From: Nitrosopumilus sp.
Lineage (GTDB): Archaea; Thermoproteota; Nitrososphaeria; Nitrososphaerales; Nitrosopumilaceae
Length of the DNA: 64,000 nt
Direction: 5' to 3'
NCBI GenBank assembly: GCA_965218785.1
Contig: OZ244650.1
Span: 1,632,001 to 1,696,000 of the forward strand
Numbering within the stretch: position 1 is the stretch's first letter; the number at the start of each line of letters is the position of its first letter. A program made the translations under genes and the position numbers. Below the pieces are notes generated by a model. It did not search any database, was not told where the DNA came from, and worked only from the letters and a program-made list of their open reading frames with translations. Below are positions 11,118 to 21,013 of this stretch, in pieces.

Positions 11118-11673
11118 GTCGTCGTTTCTTTATCTTCATCATGGCATATGCTGCTGCCACTGCAGCAATCAGGGAGCCGGTCAGAGCCCACAATACCAAC
11201 GGAGTTACAAAGGAATCATCTTTTTGCATCGTTAGTTGGATGTTTTGTTCAGGATCATCCCTTTCAGTCAGACCATCAAGATAAACGGTTCCAAAAATAT
11301 CTAGTTTGCTATCTCCAGAGCCTGTAAAATTCAATGTGATAAAAGAAATTTTTGCATTGGAATTTACCTTGGGGAAATATTCCTCCCCATCAAGATAAAA
11401 TGTAAAGTTGCCGCTTAAAAGATTGGCAGGGATGATTATTTCGCCTAAATTATTTTCCAGATTACTTAAAATGAAAAAGCTCAGTCTTTTTTTGGTGTCA
11501 TCAAACTCGTGTTCTATAACATCAAAGTTTGAAACAATTTTTACCTCAAAGATATGACCGCCTGCTTCAACATCAAACCGGTTTACAAGACCGGTCTGAT
11601 CAGAAAGCAGTTGGCCAAATGCAGGATTGATTATCAAAAGTAAAAGTAATGGAATGACTAGGGACAGTTTCAA
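11110..11673 (-). CDS. Thaumarchaeal secreted protein with C-terminal TM anchor
   Basis: Signal peptide, GEIIIPANLLSGNFTFYLDG domain typical of AOA surface proteins, TM plus basic tail. Confidence 0.75.
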   Translation of the reverse strand: MKLSLVIPLLLLLIINPAFGQLLSDQTGLVNRFDVEAGGHIFEVKIVSNFDVIEHEFDDTKKRLSFFILSNLENNLGEIIIPANLLSGNFTFYLDGEEYFPKVNSNAKISFITLNFTGSGDSKLDIFGTVYLDGLTERDDPEQNIQLTMQKDDSFVTPLVLWALTGSLIAAVAAAYAMMKIKKRRHG

Positions 11674-11674
11674 T

Positions 11675-12130
11675 TTATGCAGCTTGGGATACTCGCTTGT
11701 TTAATTCTTTGTCTTGGGCGATTCTTGGATGTTGTGGATCTGCCAGGATAACTTCAAACCAGTAATGCTTTCCATCCTTGTAGATAAAGTAAGAACCTAA
11801 AAGTTTCATGTTTGGATATCTCTCAAGAACCCTTCTTTCTGCGACTGTTTTCATGCTGTCATCTGCCTTGATTCTTGTGACACCGAGATGTTTTGGCCGT
11901 CTTCCACCGGTAGGTCTTTGCTTTCTCATACCGCCTGTTCCAACCCTCATCCTAACAACAATAATACCCTGTTTTGCCTTGTAACCCAGTCTTCTAGCTC
12001 TTTGTATTCTGCTTGGTTTTTCAATTCTGGTGACAGCGTTTTGCTTGCGCCATCCAACCACGCGTTCACGCAGTTCTGGAGCATTTTGTTTCCAGAGCCT
12101 TACCCACACTTGATCCTGATGACTGGACAT
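11675..12130 (-). CDS. rpl15e: 50S ribosomal protein L15e
   Basis: RARRLGYKAKQG, VAERRVLERYPNM and YWFEVILADP motifs. Confidence 0.97.
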   Translation of the reverse strand: MSSHQDQVWVRLWKQNAPELRERVVGWRKQNAVTRIEKPSRIQRARRLGYKAKQGIIVVRMRVGTGGMRKQRPTGGRRPKHLGVTRIKADDSMKTVAERRVLERYPNMKLLGSYFIYKDGKHYWFEVILADPQHPRIAQDKELNKRVSQAA

Positions 12131-12306
12131 ATCGAGCATAATAAAATCCCCTTTAATAACTGTAAATCGAAGAACGAGCAGACCACATCGCTTTTGATTG
12201 GAGAAGACTGCTCAAGCTGGGGTGACATCACGCCATTAAACAATCTGCTTGAAATGACGGGGTTCAAAACGACAGGTGCGGTCTGGTTTATGCGTTTTGA
12301 GAACTG

Positions 12307-12404
12307 AAGAAACCAGCACACAGGCAGGTTTTTCAGATCATGATTAGGGATGATTAATGCCAGCTTACGCATTCGGGATTAGTCTGGGATCAATTACACA
12401 AAAC
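12307..12404 (+). repeat. Copy 1 of an imperfect ~100-bp direct repeat
   Basis: CACACAGGCAGGTTTTTCAGATCATGAT (12317-12344) is identical to 14200-14227; GCATTCGGGAT(T)AGTCTGGGATCAAT is also shared. Confidence 0.85.
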
Positions 12405-13096
12405 TTGTATAATTGTACGATTCTGCGAGAGGGGGTTTGCGTCTTTGATTGGATTATATCCCTTTCAAATCCCCCATCATTTTATGATGTGTGAAATAGT
12501 AAAGCCGGTGCTGTTTTTCAAGTATGATACCTGGCAGACGTGCTGGAATGACATTGATGCCGTATAATGTTGCCGTATGCATTGATGATTATGACTTGTC
12601 AGGTGTGCTATGACAGTTATGCCATGATATAAAACACATTAGAGAAACAATGCGGTTTGAGCTGCAAGTGTGCAACGTTATGATGCGGAAAAAAAATCTG
12701 AATTAATCTGTCCAATCAAAACATATCCGGTGACACGCAAATATTTGAGATCAGTTTTATCAGACCAAAAACTAGATCATCTGTACAACATGGGATTAAT
12801 CATGCAGGAAGATCTTAAAATTGTACAAAAAAGAAAAAGAATCAAAAGTAAAGCCATAATGCTTGCATACACATGTTTTATGATACAGCAGGAAATGCAG
12901 GATGCGCACATATCTACTAATGTTCAAGTCCACACATCCCTCAATACTGCAAATGATACTTGCCTTTGGGACCAACCCGGACTTGATAATAAAATAATGG
13001 TCTTTTTGAGTCAATTGACTCATAGATCTTTGCCGTCTTTTGTGATCTGTCTTTCTGAGATTAAATTAATCAGAATTTTTGGGGGATATTATAAGC

Positions 13097-13912
13097 CTAG
13101 TATCCGCGTCTTTTCAGAAAATCAGTCACTATCTTTTGCGCAAATTCTGTCGGCTCCATCTCAGAATCCCGTGAAAGTCTTGCCAGTCCCCTTGCCTGGG
13201 ATTTGGATATTCTTACAGACAGGTTCTGCCTTGCCCTAAAGGAATTTGCAAGCTTTACAATCTCCGAATGCCCTGCCGTACCTCCAATCTGCTCAAGTGC
13301 GTCAATGTATCTCTTTTTCTTGGGTGCGTCATACTTTGCAATCTTTTGTATTATCTCTGCTGCGCGTAATTCGGATGGGACGGTTCTGCATATTCTGATT
13401 GCGTCTCTCTTGGAGACGATGGCAGGCACCATCTCCCTTATCTTCCCTGGAACGACGCCAAAGCCGAGATATTCCCGAAGAGTCGATGAGTTTATTCCAA
13501 GCGCCCTGGAAGCCTCTGCCTTTCCCAGTCTTTCTACTAGAAACTGGCATGATGAGGACATTTCAGATGCGTTCATGTCCTTTCTGTGAATGTTCTCAAT
13601 TATGGAGACGGCCTTGGCATCGGCTACATCGCAGGTGCTGTTCTTCTCTAGTACCAATGCAGGGGCAGTCTTTGCACCGAGCTTTCTTAGTGCTTCTAGT
13701 CTTCTCTGGCCTGCCATTAACAGGTAGGAACCCGCGCCGTCCTTTTGAACCATCAGCGGGTTTTGCAGTCCCTCCTGCTGGATTGATTTTGCAAGGGATT
13801 CGATTCCCTCCATATCCAATGAGCGGGCCTGTGCCTCCTCCCATACCGTTATCTGGTGTATGGGAACCTCATGGAGTCTGTATGATATTGGATTTTCCTT
13901 TATCTTCTTCAA
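13097..13912 (-). CDS. ParB/RepB/Spo0J-family protein (ParB N-domain, HTH, RHH-like C-terminus)
   Basis: LAKSIQQEGLQNPLMV, YLLMAGQRRLEAL (GxRR), SIIENIHRKDM. Confidence 0.9.
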   Translation of the reverse strand: MKKIKENPISYRLHEVPIHQITVWEEAQARSLDMEGIESLAKSIQQEGLQNPLMVQKDGAGSYLLMAGQRRLEALRKLGAKTAPALVLEKNSTCDVADAKAVSIIENIHRKDMNASEMSSSCQFLVERLGKAEASRALGINSSTLREYLGFGVVPGKIREMVPAIVSKRDAIRICRTVPSELRAAEIIQKIAKYDAPKKKRYIDALEQIGGTAGHSEIVKLANSFRARQNLSVRISKSQARGLARLSRDSEMEPTEFAQKIVTDFLKRRGY

Positions 13913-14189
13913 ATCTGTTTGTTAAGAACGCTCTCTATCTGATAAGTTTTTTGAATTTCTGCCAATTTTTGCCGGCTCTGATTTTTCAATCTAATTTCTT
14001 ACAGCAGGTATGCGTTTTTTTTCTGGCATTCTTTAATTCGCTGGATTTTGCATCGGTGCCTCCATCTGTTAGGCGTTTAGAGATCCGCTGCGCCAACAGT
14101 GGCTTTGGAAACCTCTGACTAATCACTTGAGAGAAATTCACCCCTGCCCACCAGCAAATATGCAAGTATGCGTATTTAACCCAATTTCG

Positions 14190-14289
14190 AAGAAAGCAAC
14201 ACACAGGCAGGTTTTTCAGATCATGATACCAGGGATGTGATCCATGTCGTTTATGCATTCGGGATAGTCTGGGATCAATAACCATAAAC
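14190..14289 (+). repeat. Copy 2 of the ~100-bp direct repeat
   Basis: Shares the 28-nt identical core and a second ~25-nt block with copy 1. Confidence 0.85.
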
Positions 14290-14422
14290 TGATGATCAAA
14301 TCCGGCATCAGGGGATTCAGCGGCATTTTTGAATTCTGGAAAGACTGATTTGTATCTCCCCAAACCATACGAAACCAGAAACCAAAGATACTTTATATTT
14401 GGCAAACACAGATTTTTACTGT

Positions 14423-14881
14423 TTGGCAAGTTACAAGAAAACATATTCAAATGAACAGTCATTAAATTTTGTAATACCAATTATCGTGATTCTGTTTCTA
14501 GGAATAATCTATATCATGACACAGAGGGCAGATTCCGGTTTTGTAAGTTTTATCCTAATTGGCGCAGCGGCATTGACAATGTTTTACTGGGTCAAAGTCC
14601 TAAAGAAAATGACAAAAGATCACAAGCCATTTTACACCCAGGCAAGAGAGCAGGAGACGAAGAACTGGGTCTATGATCTGATTAAAGGCGAGGGGGAGTT
14701 TGTCTTCGTAGCAGAAGTGCCAGGACCCGAAGATAAGATAGCAGTCAGACTGGTGGATGGAATATTGTACATACGTGGAACCGCGGGATTTTCAAAGGAA
14801 GTTCCAATTGAAGGCGCAGCAGATATGCAGATATTTGATTTCAAATACAGAAACGGCGTCCTGACACTTCGAATAAAATAA
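14423..14881 (+). CDS. Membrane-anchored Hsp20/alpha-crystallin domain protein
   Basis: Two N-terminal TMs, then VAEVPGPEDKI and YRNGVLTLRI; TTG start inferred. Confidence 0.8.
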   Translation: MASYKKTYSNEQSLNFVIPIIVILFLGIIYIMTQRADSGFVSFILIGAAALTMFYWVKVLKKMTKDHKPFYTQAREQETKNWVYDLIKGEGEFVFVAEVPGPEDKIAVRLVDGILYIRGTAGFSKEVPIEGAADMQIFDFKYRNGVLTLRIK

Positions 14882-15988
14882 CTAGAGGCTTTTTGCCAGT
14901 TCTAATTTTTGCGGCAGGTATTTGTCGGTGATGTTGGTAAGACCGTATTTTGAAAAGGCCTCCAGCTCTGCCTTTCTTTTGATTCTCAAGAATACATCGA
15001 GTTCTTTTTTCCATATTCCCGATTCATACCTCGGATCTTTTTGAAGATCATAGCATCGCTTAATATCAGATTCGGTCATTGGGATTGTCGGAAGCTTGAA
15101 TTTTTCAATATCAGTGGCCCAGACTCCGACCCATTTTGCATCAGGAACTGTCAGTTCTCGCAGATGTGCCGCATTTGCCGAACCGGATTTGATAACCATG
15201 GCAATATGCTCCCCATACACGTCGCCGTCAGTAAGTACGATTACAGGCAGTCTCATTTCTTCATGAAGTCGCTTTAACAAAGTCCTAGTTGAACGTGGCG
15301 CCTGACCCCCGGTATTAATTATTATAGATTTGAATTTCTTGTCAATTTGTTCTTCAACAAATCTCGTAAAAAGACCGCCCTTTTCAATAGCAATTACAAT
15401 TTCGGCGCTAGTATCAACGAGCTCTGCAGTAGTCAAACTAGGACCGATTGAATATCCGTCAGGATGATTAGACAGATTCATTGACTTGCCTTCATATCCG
15501 GGAATTGTATATTCCACAGTCAAATCACCAAATATCGAGCTTCGCTCTTCAGGAAATATGTGAAAATCTTCCCGGGGTCTGGATGTAACTGCCTCTAAAT
15601 CCACAATAATGTTATCAGACTCTCCCTGATCCTCAAACTCCACTGCAAATGCCTGTGATGAATAATACACGTCCCTTAGGGTGGATGATTTTTTCTCCTG
15701 TGTCAGTCGATTTGCAAAAAATGCCAGCCACATTAATTGCGTAAAAGATCTCAGCTGGGAGGAGTTTCTTGAGCTCCTCAGAGCAGAGTTACTGCCAAGA
15801 ATGTATTGCCTGAGTTTTTTATCATAAACAATGTTACTCACAGATCTGCTAGGTATTGAAAATTTTGGAAACTGCCCGCCATCCAAGTCATCATATATTT
15901 TCGCACCATGACTTTTGAGCATCTTGAGAATGTTCTTTTGTTTTTCATCGGCTTTCTTGCTCCGATCTTTTGATTTACTTGTTTTCAA
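14882..15988 (-). CDS. top6A: DNA topoisomerase VI subunit A
   Basis: STLRDVYY catalytic Tyr region, IEKGG, TDGDVYG, KAELEA; TTG start inferred. Confidence 0.96.
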   Translation of the reverse strand: MKTSKSKDRSKKADEKQKNILKMLKSHGAKIYDDLDGGQFPKFSIPSRSVSNIVYDKKLRQYILGSNSALRSSRNSSQLRSFTQLMWLAFFANRLTQEKKSSTLRDVYYSSQAFAVEFEDQGESDNIIVDLEAVTSRPREDFHIFPEERSSIFGDLTVEYTIPGYEGKSMNLSNHPDGYSIGPSLTTAELVDTSAEIVIAIEKGGLFTRFVEEQIDKKFKSIIINTGGQAPRSTRTLLKRLHEEMRLPVIVLTDGDVYGEHIAMVIKSGSANAAHLRELTVPDAKWVGVWATDIEKFKLPTIPMTESDIKRCYDLQKDPRYESGIWKKELDVFLRIKRKAELEAFSKYGLTNITDKYLPQKLELAKSL

Positions 15989-17850
15989 TTGGTTTTTCCT
16001 CCTCTGTTGGTTTTTGTGATTCAATGTCCTGCTGTGCCTCTAATATTTTCTTGTAATCAGGTTCCTTTTTCTTGCCAGCCAGTTCAGTGCAAAACGTGGC
16101 AATCATTGGAATGTATTTTGCGTAGAGATTGGCCCTCTTTTTTGCCATTTCTGCCTGTCCCCTCTTTGACATGTATGCCGCAAGTTTTCTTGATAATAAC
16201 TGCAATGCCAGCCTTAATTCCCGTTCTATTTCCTGTCTATCAGCAACATTTTCTTTTCCTGCAGTCTTGTATGGAATTCTAGTTGAACAGATATGAGACA
16301 CGATAATAAATGGAGGCTCGCCTTTTACCTTGTATCTGCCCCAATCCGTCTCATTTACGACCTTGAGAACAACATCGCTGCCTTCGTCATATAATAGTGG
16401 AATGCGGTTGGCGTACCTGTAGACATGCGGTCCTCCGGATTTTATTTCACCGCCATAAGCAATGCCCATCTCAATTATAAATGGGAATCCAGAATATGCC
16501 GAGGCCGGACGCTGTACGACGGCAGTAAAATCAGGATTGAAGAATTTCTTGATTCCCTTCTCCAGTGGAGATTCCCCCAACGGTGCAAGACAGCTCGAAT
16601 CAGGCGCCATAAAATCATCAAATTTCTGAAGCGAGTCGCTGAGATTGACCAGTTCCTGGTTTGTCAGAGTTCCCATTCGTCTCTCAGGTTTGAATCCGGC
16701 AAATTCTCGCAAATTTGACTGCGGTGGTGGGACCTATGCGTTGAAATCTTTTGGTCAAAAATATAGTAAGAGTCTCCCCCTGAACGGTATTAGTCAGCTG
16801 TTTGTAATACTGATTTTCAGAATTCATCTCGGCTATCTTTGATTGGGAATCACCAAAATCCCAGTAGAATAATTTTTTGTTTGGAACATCAATATCCTCG
16901 ATTTTAATTTTGTTGAGTTTTTCAAAATCCATCTCTAGAAAAGACATCAGGGCGACAATTACCCGGATTTGGCGGGAAAGATTTTTCCATTTTTTTCCTG
17001 CTTTTTCCATGATTGCATTAAAACTGAGATTTTTCTTGGTCAATCCCAAATCCTTTCTGACTTTTTCAATCATGGCATCGTCAATATTTGGAATTTCAAA
17101 CTGTGATTCGACTATCATTCTTCGTATTCTTTCAACATCAATACCATGGGGATGCGGCCTGATTATTGTCGGAGGTGGCGGGATGTCCCTTACAAATCTC
17201 GGATGATGGAATTTTTGTCCCTTGGGGTCATCAAAAGTTATTGATGCATAAGGAGTGATCAGGGAGGTTTCATATACGTAATCTCGAATTTTGTTGCCTG
17301 CTTTTGAATAATCACCCTCCAAGTGGATACTCACAGAAAGGCCTTTTTTTGAAATATCCCGGGTGGTGTGTTTTACAATCACAGGCTTGTTTTTTTGAAT
17401 ATCAAGCAATATCTCGAACTGATCCTGTATTACACCATCCGTAGAACTTTTTACGGTGACAGGTTTGTTTGTTGTAATTTGACCGTACAAAATCGCCATG
17501 GTTGCGCCAAGTCCGAACATTCCCCTAGCTTGTTTTAATCCAAATTTCGAGCCATACAGTACGGTTCCAAATGCAAGTGGGACATGCTTTGCATCCATGC
17601 CAGGGCCGTTATCTTTGACTGTTAGAATGTAGGTCTTGGGATCCGATTTTTCAGGATCAACTGCCTTGATTGTCAGATGAACGTCAGGAAGAATTCCTCT
17701 TTGGTCACAGGCATCTAATGCATTTTCAACAAATTCCCGGACAGCAGTATAAAGGGAGCGTGTAGGATTACTAAAGCCGGCCAAATCACGATTACTGTAA
17801 AAGAATTCACTTGGAGATATTTGATTGAATTTTTCTTGTATGGCAGACAT
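15975..17850 (-). CDS. top6B: DNA topoisomerase VI subunit B with a frameshift near 16708 (possible sequencing error)
   Basis: GHKL motifs EFVENALDA, DNGPG and GMFGLG in 16684-17850; RYANRIPLLYD and IPYKTAGKE in 15975-16712. Removing one base restores KFAEFAGF. Confidence 0.92.
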
Positions 17851-17851
17851 C

Positions 17852-18409
17852 TTAATCTTCCCACAACTTCATCTTTTCTTGTTTGTATTTTCTATTTGCG
17901 GCCTCTAATTTACTATAAACTGAACCATGCATGCTTCCATGTGAGATGGATGATATCGCATCGACTGCCAGCCGTAATTTAGTTGCATCACCAATAATTG
18001 AAACCGTTTTTCCATAAACTGAGATATGAGTACCACTTAGATTTTCCATGTTTTGTCTTGCCCTACCACCTTCTCCAATAATTCTCCCTTTTATCCTTTC
18101 AACATTTGCGCTAGACTTTCCTGTAAACTCTCTAAGATCCATGACGTACAATGTATTTTCACCCTTTAGCAAAGTCATGGCATTTTCAGGTGAAAAGCCC
18201 CTGCCGATGGCCGTGACAATCTCCATGGCCTTAAATGGCTGAATCTTTTCAATATTGCCATCGGATTTTATCAAAACCTCCCCCGTATCACCGTCAATAT
18301 CCAGGGAAACATGACACATCGCCTCGATTTTTAATTTTACATTGCCTGATTTTCCAATCAAAACGGCTATTCGGTCATTTGGTATGCGGATTTGTTTTTG
18401 AAAACTCAT
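17852..18409 (-). CDS. KH-domain RNA-processing protein (Dim2/Pno1-like)
   Basis: Two KH motifs, IAVLIGKSG and GRIIGEGG; adjacent to RIO1. Confidence 0.92.
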   Translation of the reverse strand: MSFQKQIRIPNDRIAVLIGKSGNVKLKIEAMCHVSLDIDGDTGEVLIKSDGNIEKIQPFKAMEIVTAIGRGFSPENAMTLLKGENTLYVMDLREFTGKSSANVERIKGRIIGEGGRARQNMENLSGTHISVYGKTVSIIGDATKLRLAVDAISSISHGSMHGSVYSKLEAANRKYKQEKMKLWED

Positions 18410-19185
18410 TTCACAACTTCCTCAAATAAAACACTTGGATCCTCAACAGAAACTCCTCTTTTAATGAAGAAGTTGTTAATGTTATTAATATCTCTTTTAA
18501 GAAATTCATGGGCGTTGGGATGTCTTAGATCAACTGCAGAACCCAGATCAAAGACAATCAGACCGCTTGGCGTTTTAAAAATATTATATGCAGAATAGTC
18601 CCCATGTACCAGTTTTGCCTTTTGATAAAGATCCCTGATAATTGAAATTGCCTGTTGATAATCATACCCGTTTACCTCAGAATTGAGCAGTAATTTTTCA
18701 GGAGAGCCGCCCTGTCCGACAAACTCCATTGCAAGCACGTTGTTTGTAACATAGAGCGGATTTGGGACGGGAATTCCTGCATTACGACATTGGGACAGGT
18801 TGCGAAATTCCTTTTTTGCCCATAAATAGACCATGTTTTTTGTTCCTTTTTTTACATTTAAAAATCTTGGATCCCCAATAATGTAAGGCTCGCGTTTTTT
18901 AAAATTTGAGGTGCTTACCAAATAAATTTTCAAGGCGACATCAACATCATTATCATCAACACTCCAAAAAAGAACGGATTCCTTGCCGGCACTTACCGAA
19001 CCGTTGACATATGCAACAATGTGATCCTTTATCATTTTGTAGAGGGTCATAACGGTGGGTTTATCCAGTACTTCGTTGATGACTTTGCCTTTTTTGAAAC
19101 CGTCTTCCAGATGTCTCCGTTTAGATTTAGATGCCAGTTTTTTATCGATTTTGGATTCTAACTTTCTGCTAATTTCATCAGACAT
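18406..19185 (-). CDS. rio1: RIO1 Ser/Thr kinase
   Basis: SAGKES, WAKKEFRNL, LVHGDYSAYNI, FDLGSAV. Confidence 0.93.
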   Translation of the reverse strand: MSDEISRKLESKIDKKLASKSKRRHLEDGFKKGKVINEVLDKPTVMTLYKMIKDHIVAYVNGSVSAGKESVLFWSVDDNDVDVALKIYLVSTSNFKKREPYIIGDPRFLNVKKGTKNMVYLWAKKEFRNLSQCRNAGIPVPNPLYVTNNVLAMEFVGQGGSPEKLLLNSEVNGYDYQQAISIIRDLYQKAKLVHGDYSAYNIFKTPSGLIVFDLGSAVDLRHPNAHEFLKRDINNINNFFIKRGVSVEDPSVLFEEVVK

Positions 19186-19254
19186 TAAATGATCATACTC
19201 CTACTAGATAAAATGGATTTCTTTTGTAGTTCAAAATAAAAATCAGATCACACC

Positions 19255-19554
19255 CTATATTTTGAAAATAATCAGAAAAGGAACGCCAGAAATTTCTTTA
19301 ATCCCATCTTCTGAACCAATTCCAAGTTCCAGTGATAAGGAGATTGTATCTTTTCCAGCCATGTTAATAATCGATGAATTCTTTAATAACGACTCTGCTT
19401 CTTCCTTTCCAACCAGTCTTTCTCCATAATAGCTCTTACTGATATGTATGATTAATTCACCCTGGACGATTTTTTTCTCCAACAATTCAGCATCACAGAT
19501 ATTGAGCATTGTGTTTTGTTGATAAGTGGAAGTTCGTATCGAAAAATGCGTCAT
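19255..19554 (-). CDS. DUF424 family protein
   Basis: LNICDAELL, SYYG and IINMAG motifs; follows aIF-2beta. Confidence 0.85.
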   Translation of the reverse strand: MTHFSIRTSTYQQNTMLNICDAELLEKKIVQGELIIHISKSYYGERLVGKEEAESLLKNSSIINMAGKDTISLSLELGIGSEDGIKEISGVPFLIIFKI

Positions 19555-19973
19555 GCATATTTACCTTTCAAAGCAGACTTTGCACCGCAAGCCTCACAAA
19601 TTAAAAATGATATTCGGTTTTCTTTGACAATTTTTGTATCAGGACTTTTACATGTTGTACATTCTAGATAGTCCTTTACATAAATTTGGAATAACCTGGT
19701 GAAATCATCAGGGGCCCGTCTTCCAATAAACATTGCCTTGTCGCCTAGTCTTTCAGCTGGAACTGCAAATTCCTTGGACAGGTACTGGAGAACCTTGTCA
19801 GGGTCTCTTCTTAAGATCTTTGGAAATTCTGAAAAATTGCGCAGAAATGTCTTTTGTCCCTCCCACATCACATCTACAACGGGAAGCTCAAATCTGGTTG
19901 AAGACTCTTTTTTGGCATCGCCTAGTTTGTCCTGAATACGCTTGAGCATCTTTTCATATTCTGCCTTGGTCAT
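19551..19973 (-). CDS. eif2b: Translation initiation factor aIF-2 beta
   Basis: RFELP, TFLRNF, zinc ribbon CTTCKSPDT...CEACGA. Confidence 0.95.
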   Translation of the reverse strand: MTKAEYEKMLKRIQDKLGDAKKESSTRFELPVVDVMWEGQKTFLRNFSEFPKILRRDPDKVLQYLSKEFAVPAERLGDKAMFIGRRAPDDFTRLFQIYVKDYLECTTCKSPDTKIVKENRISFLICEACGAKSALKGKYA

Positions 19974-20042
19974 GAAAAATTTTACGTATTAGACCCTATA
20001 TGGGTTTTGAAAAAGAGAGATTGTGTGGACTAGTTGTGTATG

Positions 20043-20189
20043 TTATTCCATCTTTCCTATACGGAAAACGTTAGTTCCACATTCAGGACATGTGCCTTTG
20101 ACGGCAGGACGTCCATTCTTTAGTTTAGTTTCTTTGGGATCTTTTATCTCCCTTTTTTCTCTGCATTTTACGCAATATGCTGTAACCAT
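20043..20189 (-). CDS. 48-aa DUF5679-type zinc-ribbon protein (not in ORF track)
   Basis: Hand translation MVTAYCVKCREKREIKDPKETKLKNGRPAVKGTCPECGTNVFRIGKME. Confidence 0.88.
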   Translation of the reverse strand: MVTAYCVKCREKREIKDPKETKLKNGRPAVKGTCPECGTNVFRIGKME

Positions 20190-20438
20190 TCTGAATTTTG
20201 TCAAACTTGGTGGTATTTAGGAAGAGGCTGTGAAAAATATTTAACTATAAACTAGATGTACGTAATTTTTTTTAGGCATAAAAAAGGGATAATTGTTAAA
20301 AATTTGTACAAATACAAGCTTTTGTAAAAAAACAAAGTAAAAATGATACAAAAAAGGATTTTTTCCAATATTTGCCTGACAACTGATGATTTTTTTGAAG
20401 ATTATCAGTTATAAACACCCCAATCATTAAACTGTGAA

Positions 20439-20939
20439 ATGGCATCAAAAAAAGGAATAATTGTAACTGCGGCAATATTAACAGCAATTACCGGTGCGAG
20501 TTTTCTATTATGGACGATTCCAGAAAATAATGAAACGACGTTTGTTGTTTCAGATTACAGAAATTATCTTGATGGGGTAAAAAATATCCAGGAGGTCTTG
20601 CAGGAATCAACTGATATTGAATACCAAAATATGATCAACGGTGAGATCTCCCCAGGAGAGTATGCCTCTATAACGGAGACAATATCATCACAAATAACTA
20701 CAAAGATAAGCGAATTTGTAACATCAAAACCGCCTGAAAAATGGCAGGATAGCTACATTAGCTATATGGAGGCAATGAAGAAATTCAATTCCTATGTCGT
20801 AGAAACCAGGGTTTTGGCCAATATGATTGAGAATGGAGACATGGAGGGGGAGATGACAGAAACCATACAAAAGATAGACACGTTGAAAAAGGAATTTTTA
20901 GAGTATGTGAGAATTTCTGATGAATCAAGACCCGGCTAG
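20439..20939 (+). CDS. Membrane-anchored helical hypothetical protein
   Basis: N-terminal TM, amphipathic helices, upstream TATA-like TTATAAA. Confidence 0.8.
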   Translation: MASKKGIIVTAAILTAITGASFLLWTIPENNETTFVVSDYRNYLDGVKNIQEVLQESTDIEYQNMINGEISPGEYASITETISSQITTKISEFVTSKPPEKWQDSYISYMEAMKKFNSYVVETRVLANMIENGDMEGEMTETIQKIDTLKKEFLEYVRISDESRPG

Positions 20940-21013
20940 TAGCCTCAAAACCGAATTTTACTAGCTACAAACGTTGGAAATCGTTAAAAGGCAATTTGAG
21001 AACAAAGATTAGA

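Noticed and set aside
12670-13239. 189-aa plus-strand ORF
   Set aside because: It overlaps the parB 3' end on the opposite strand and has no motif or convincing composition.
13986-14480. 164-aa minus-strand ORF, and 12100-12372 sharing HDLKNLPVC
   Set aside because: The shared peptide simply reflects the DNA direct repeat; both ORFs overlap real genes.
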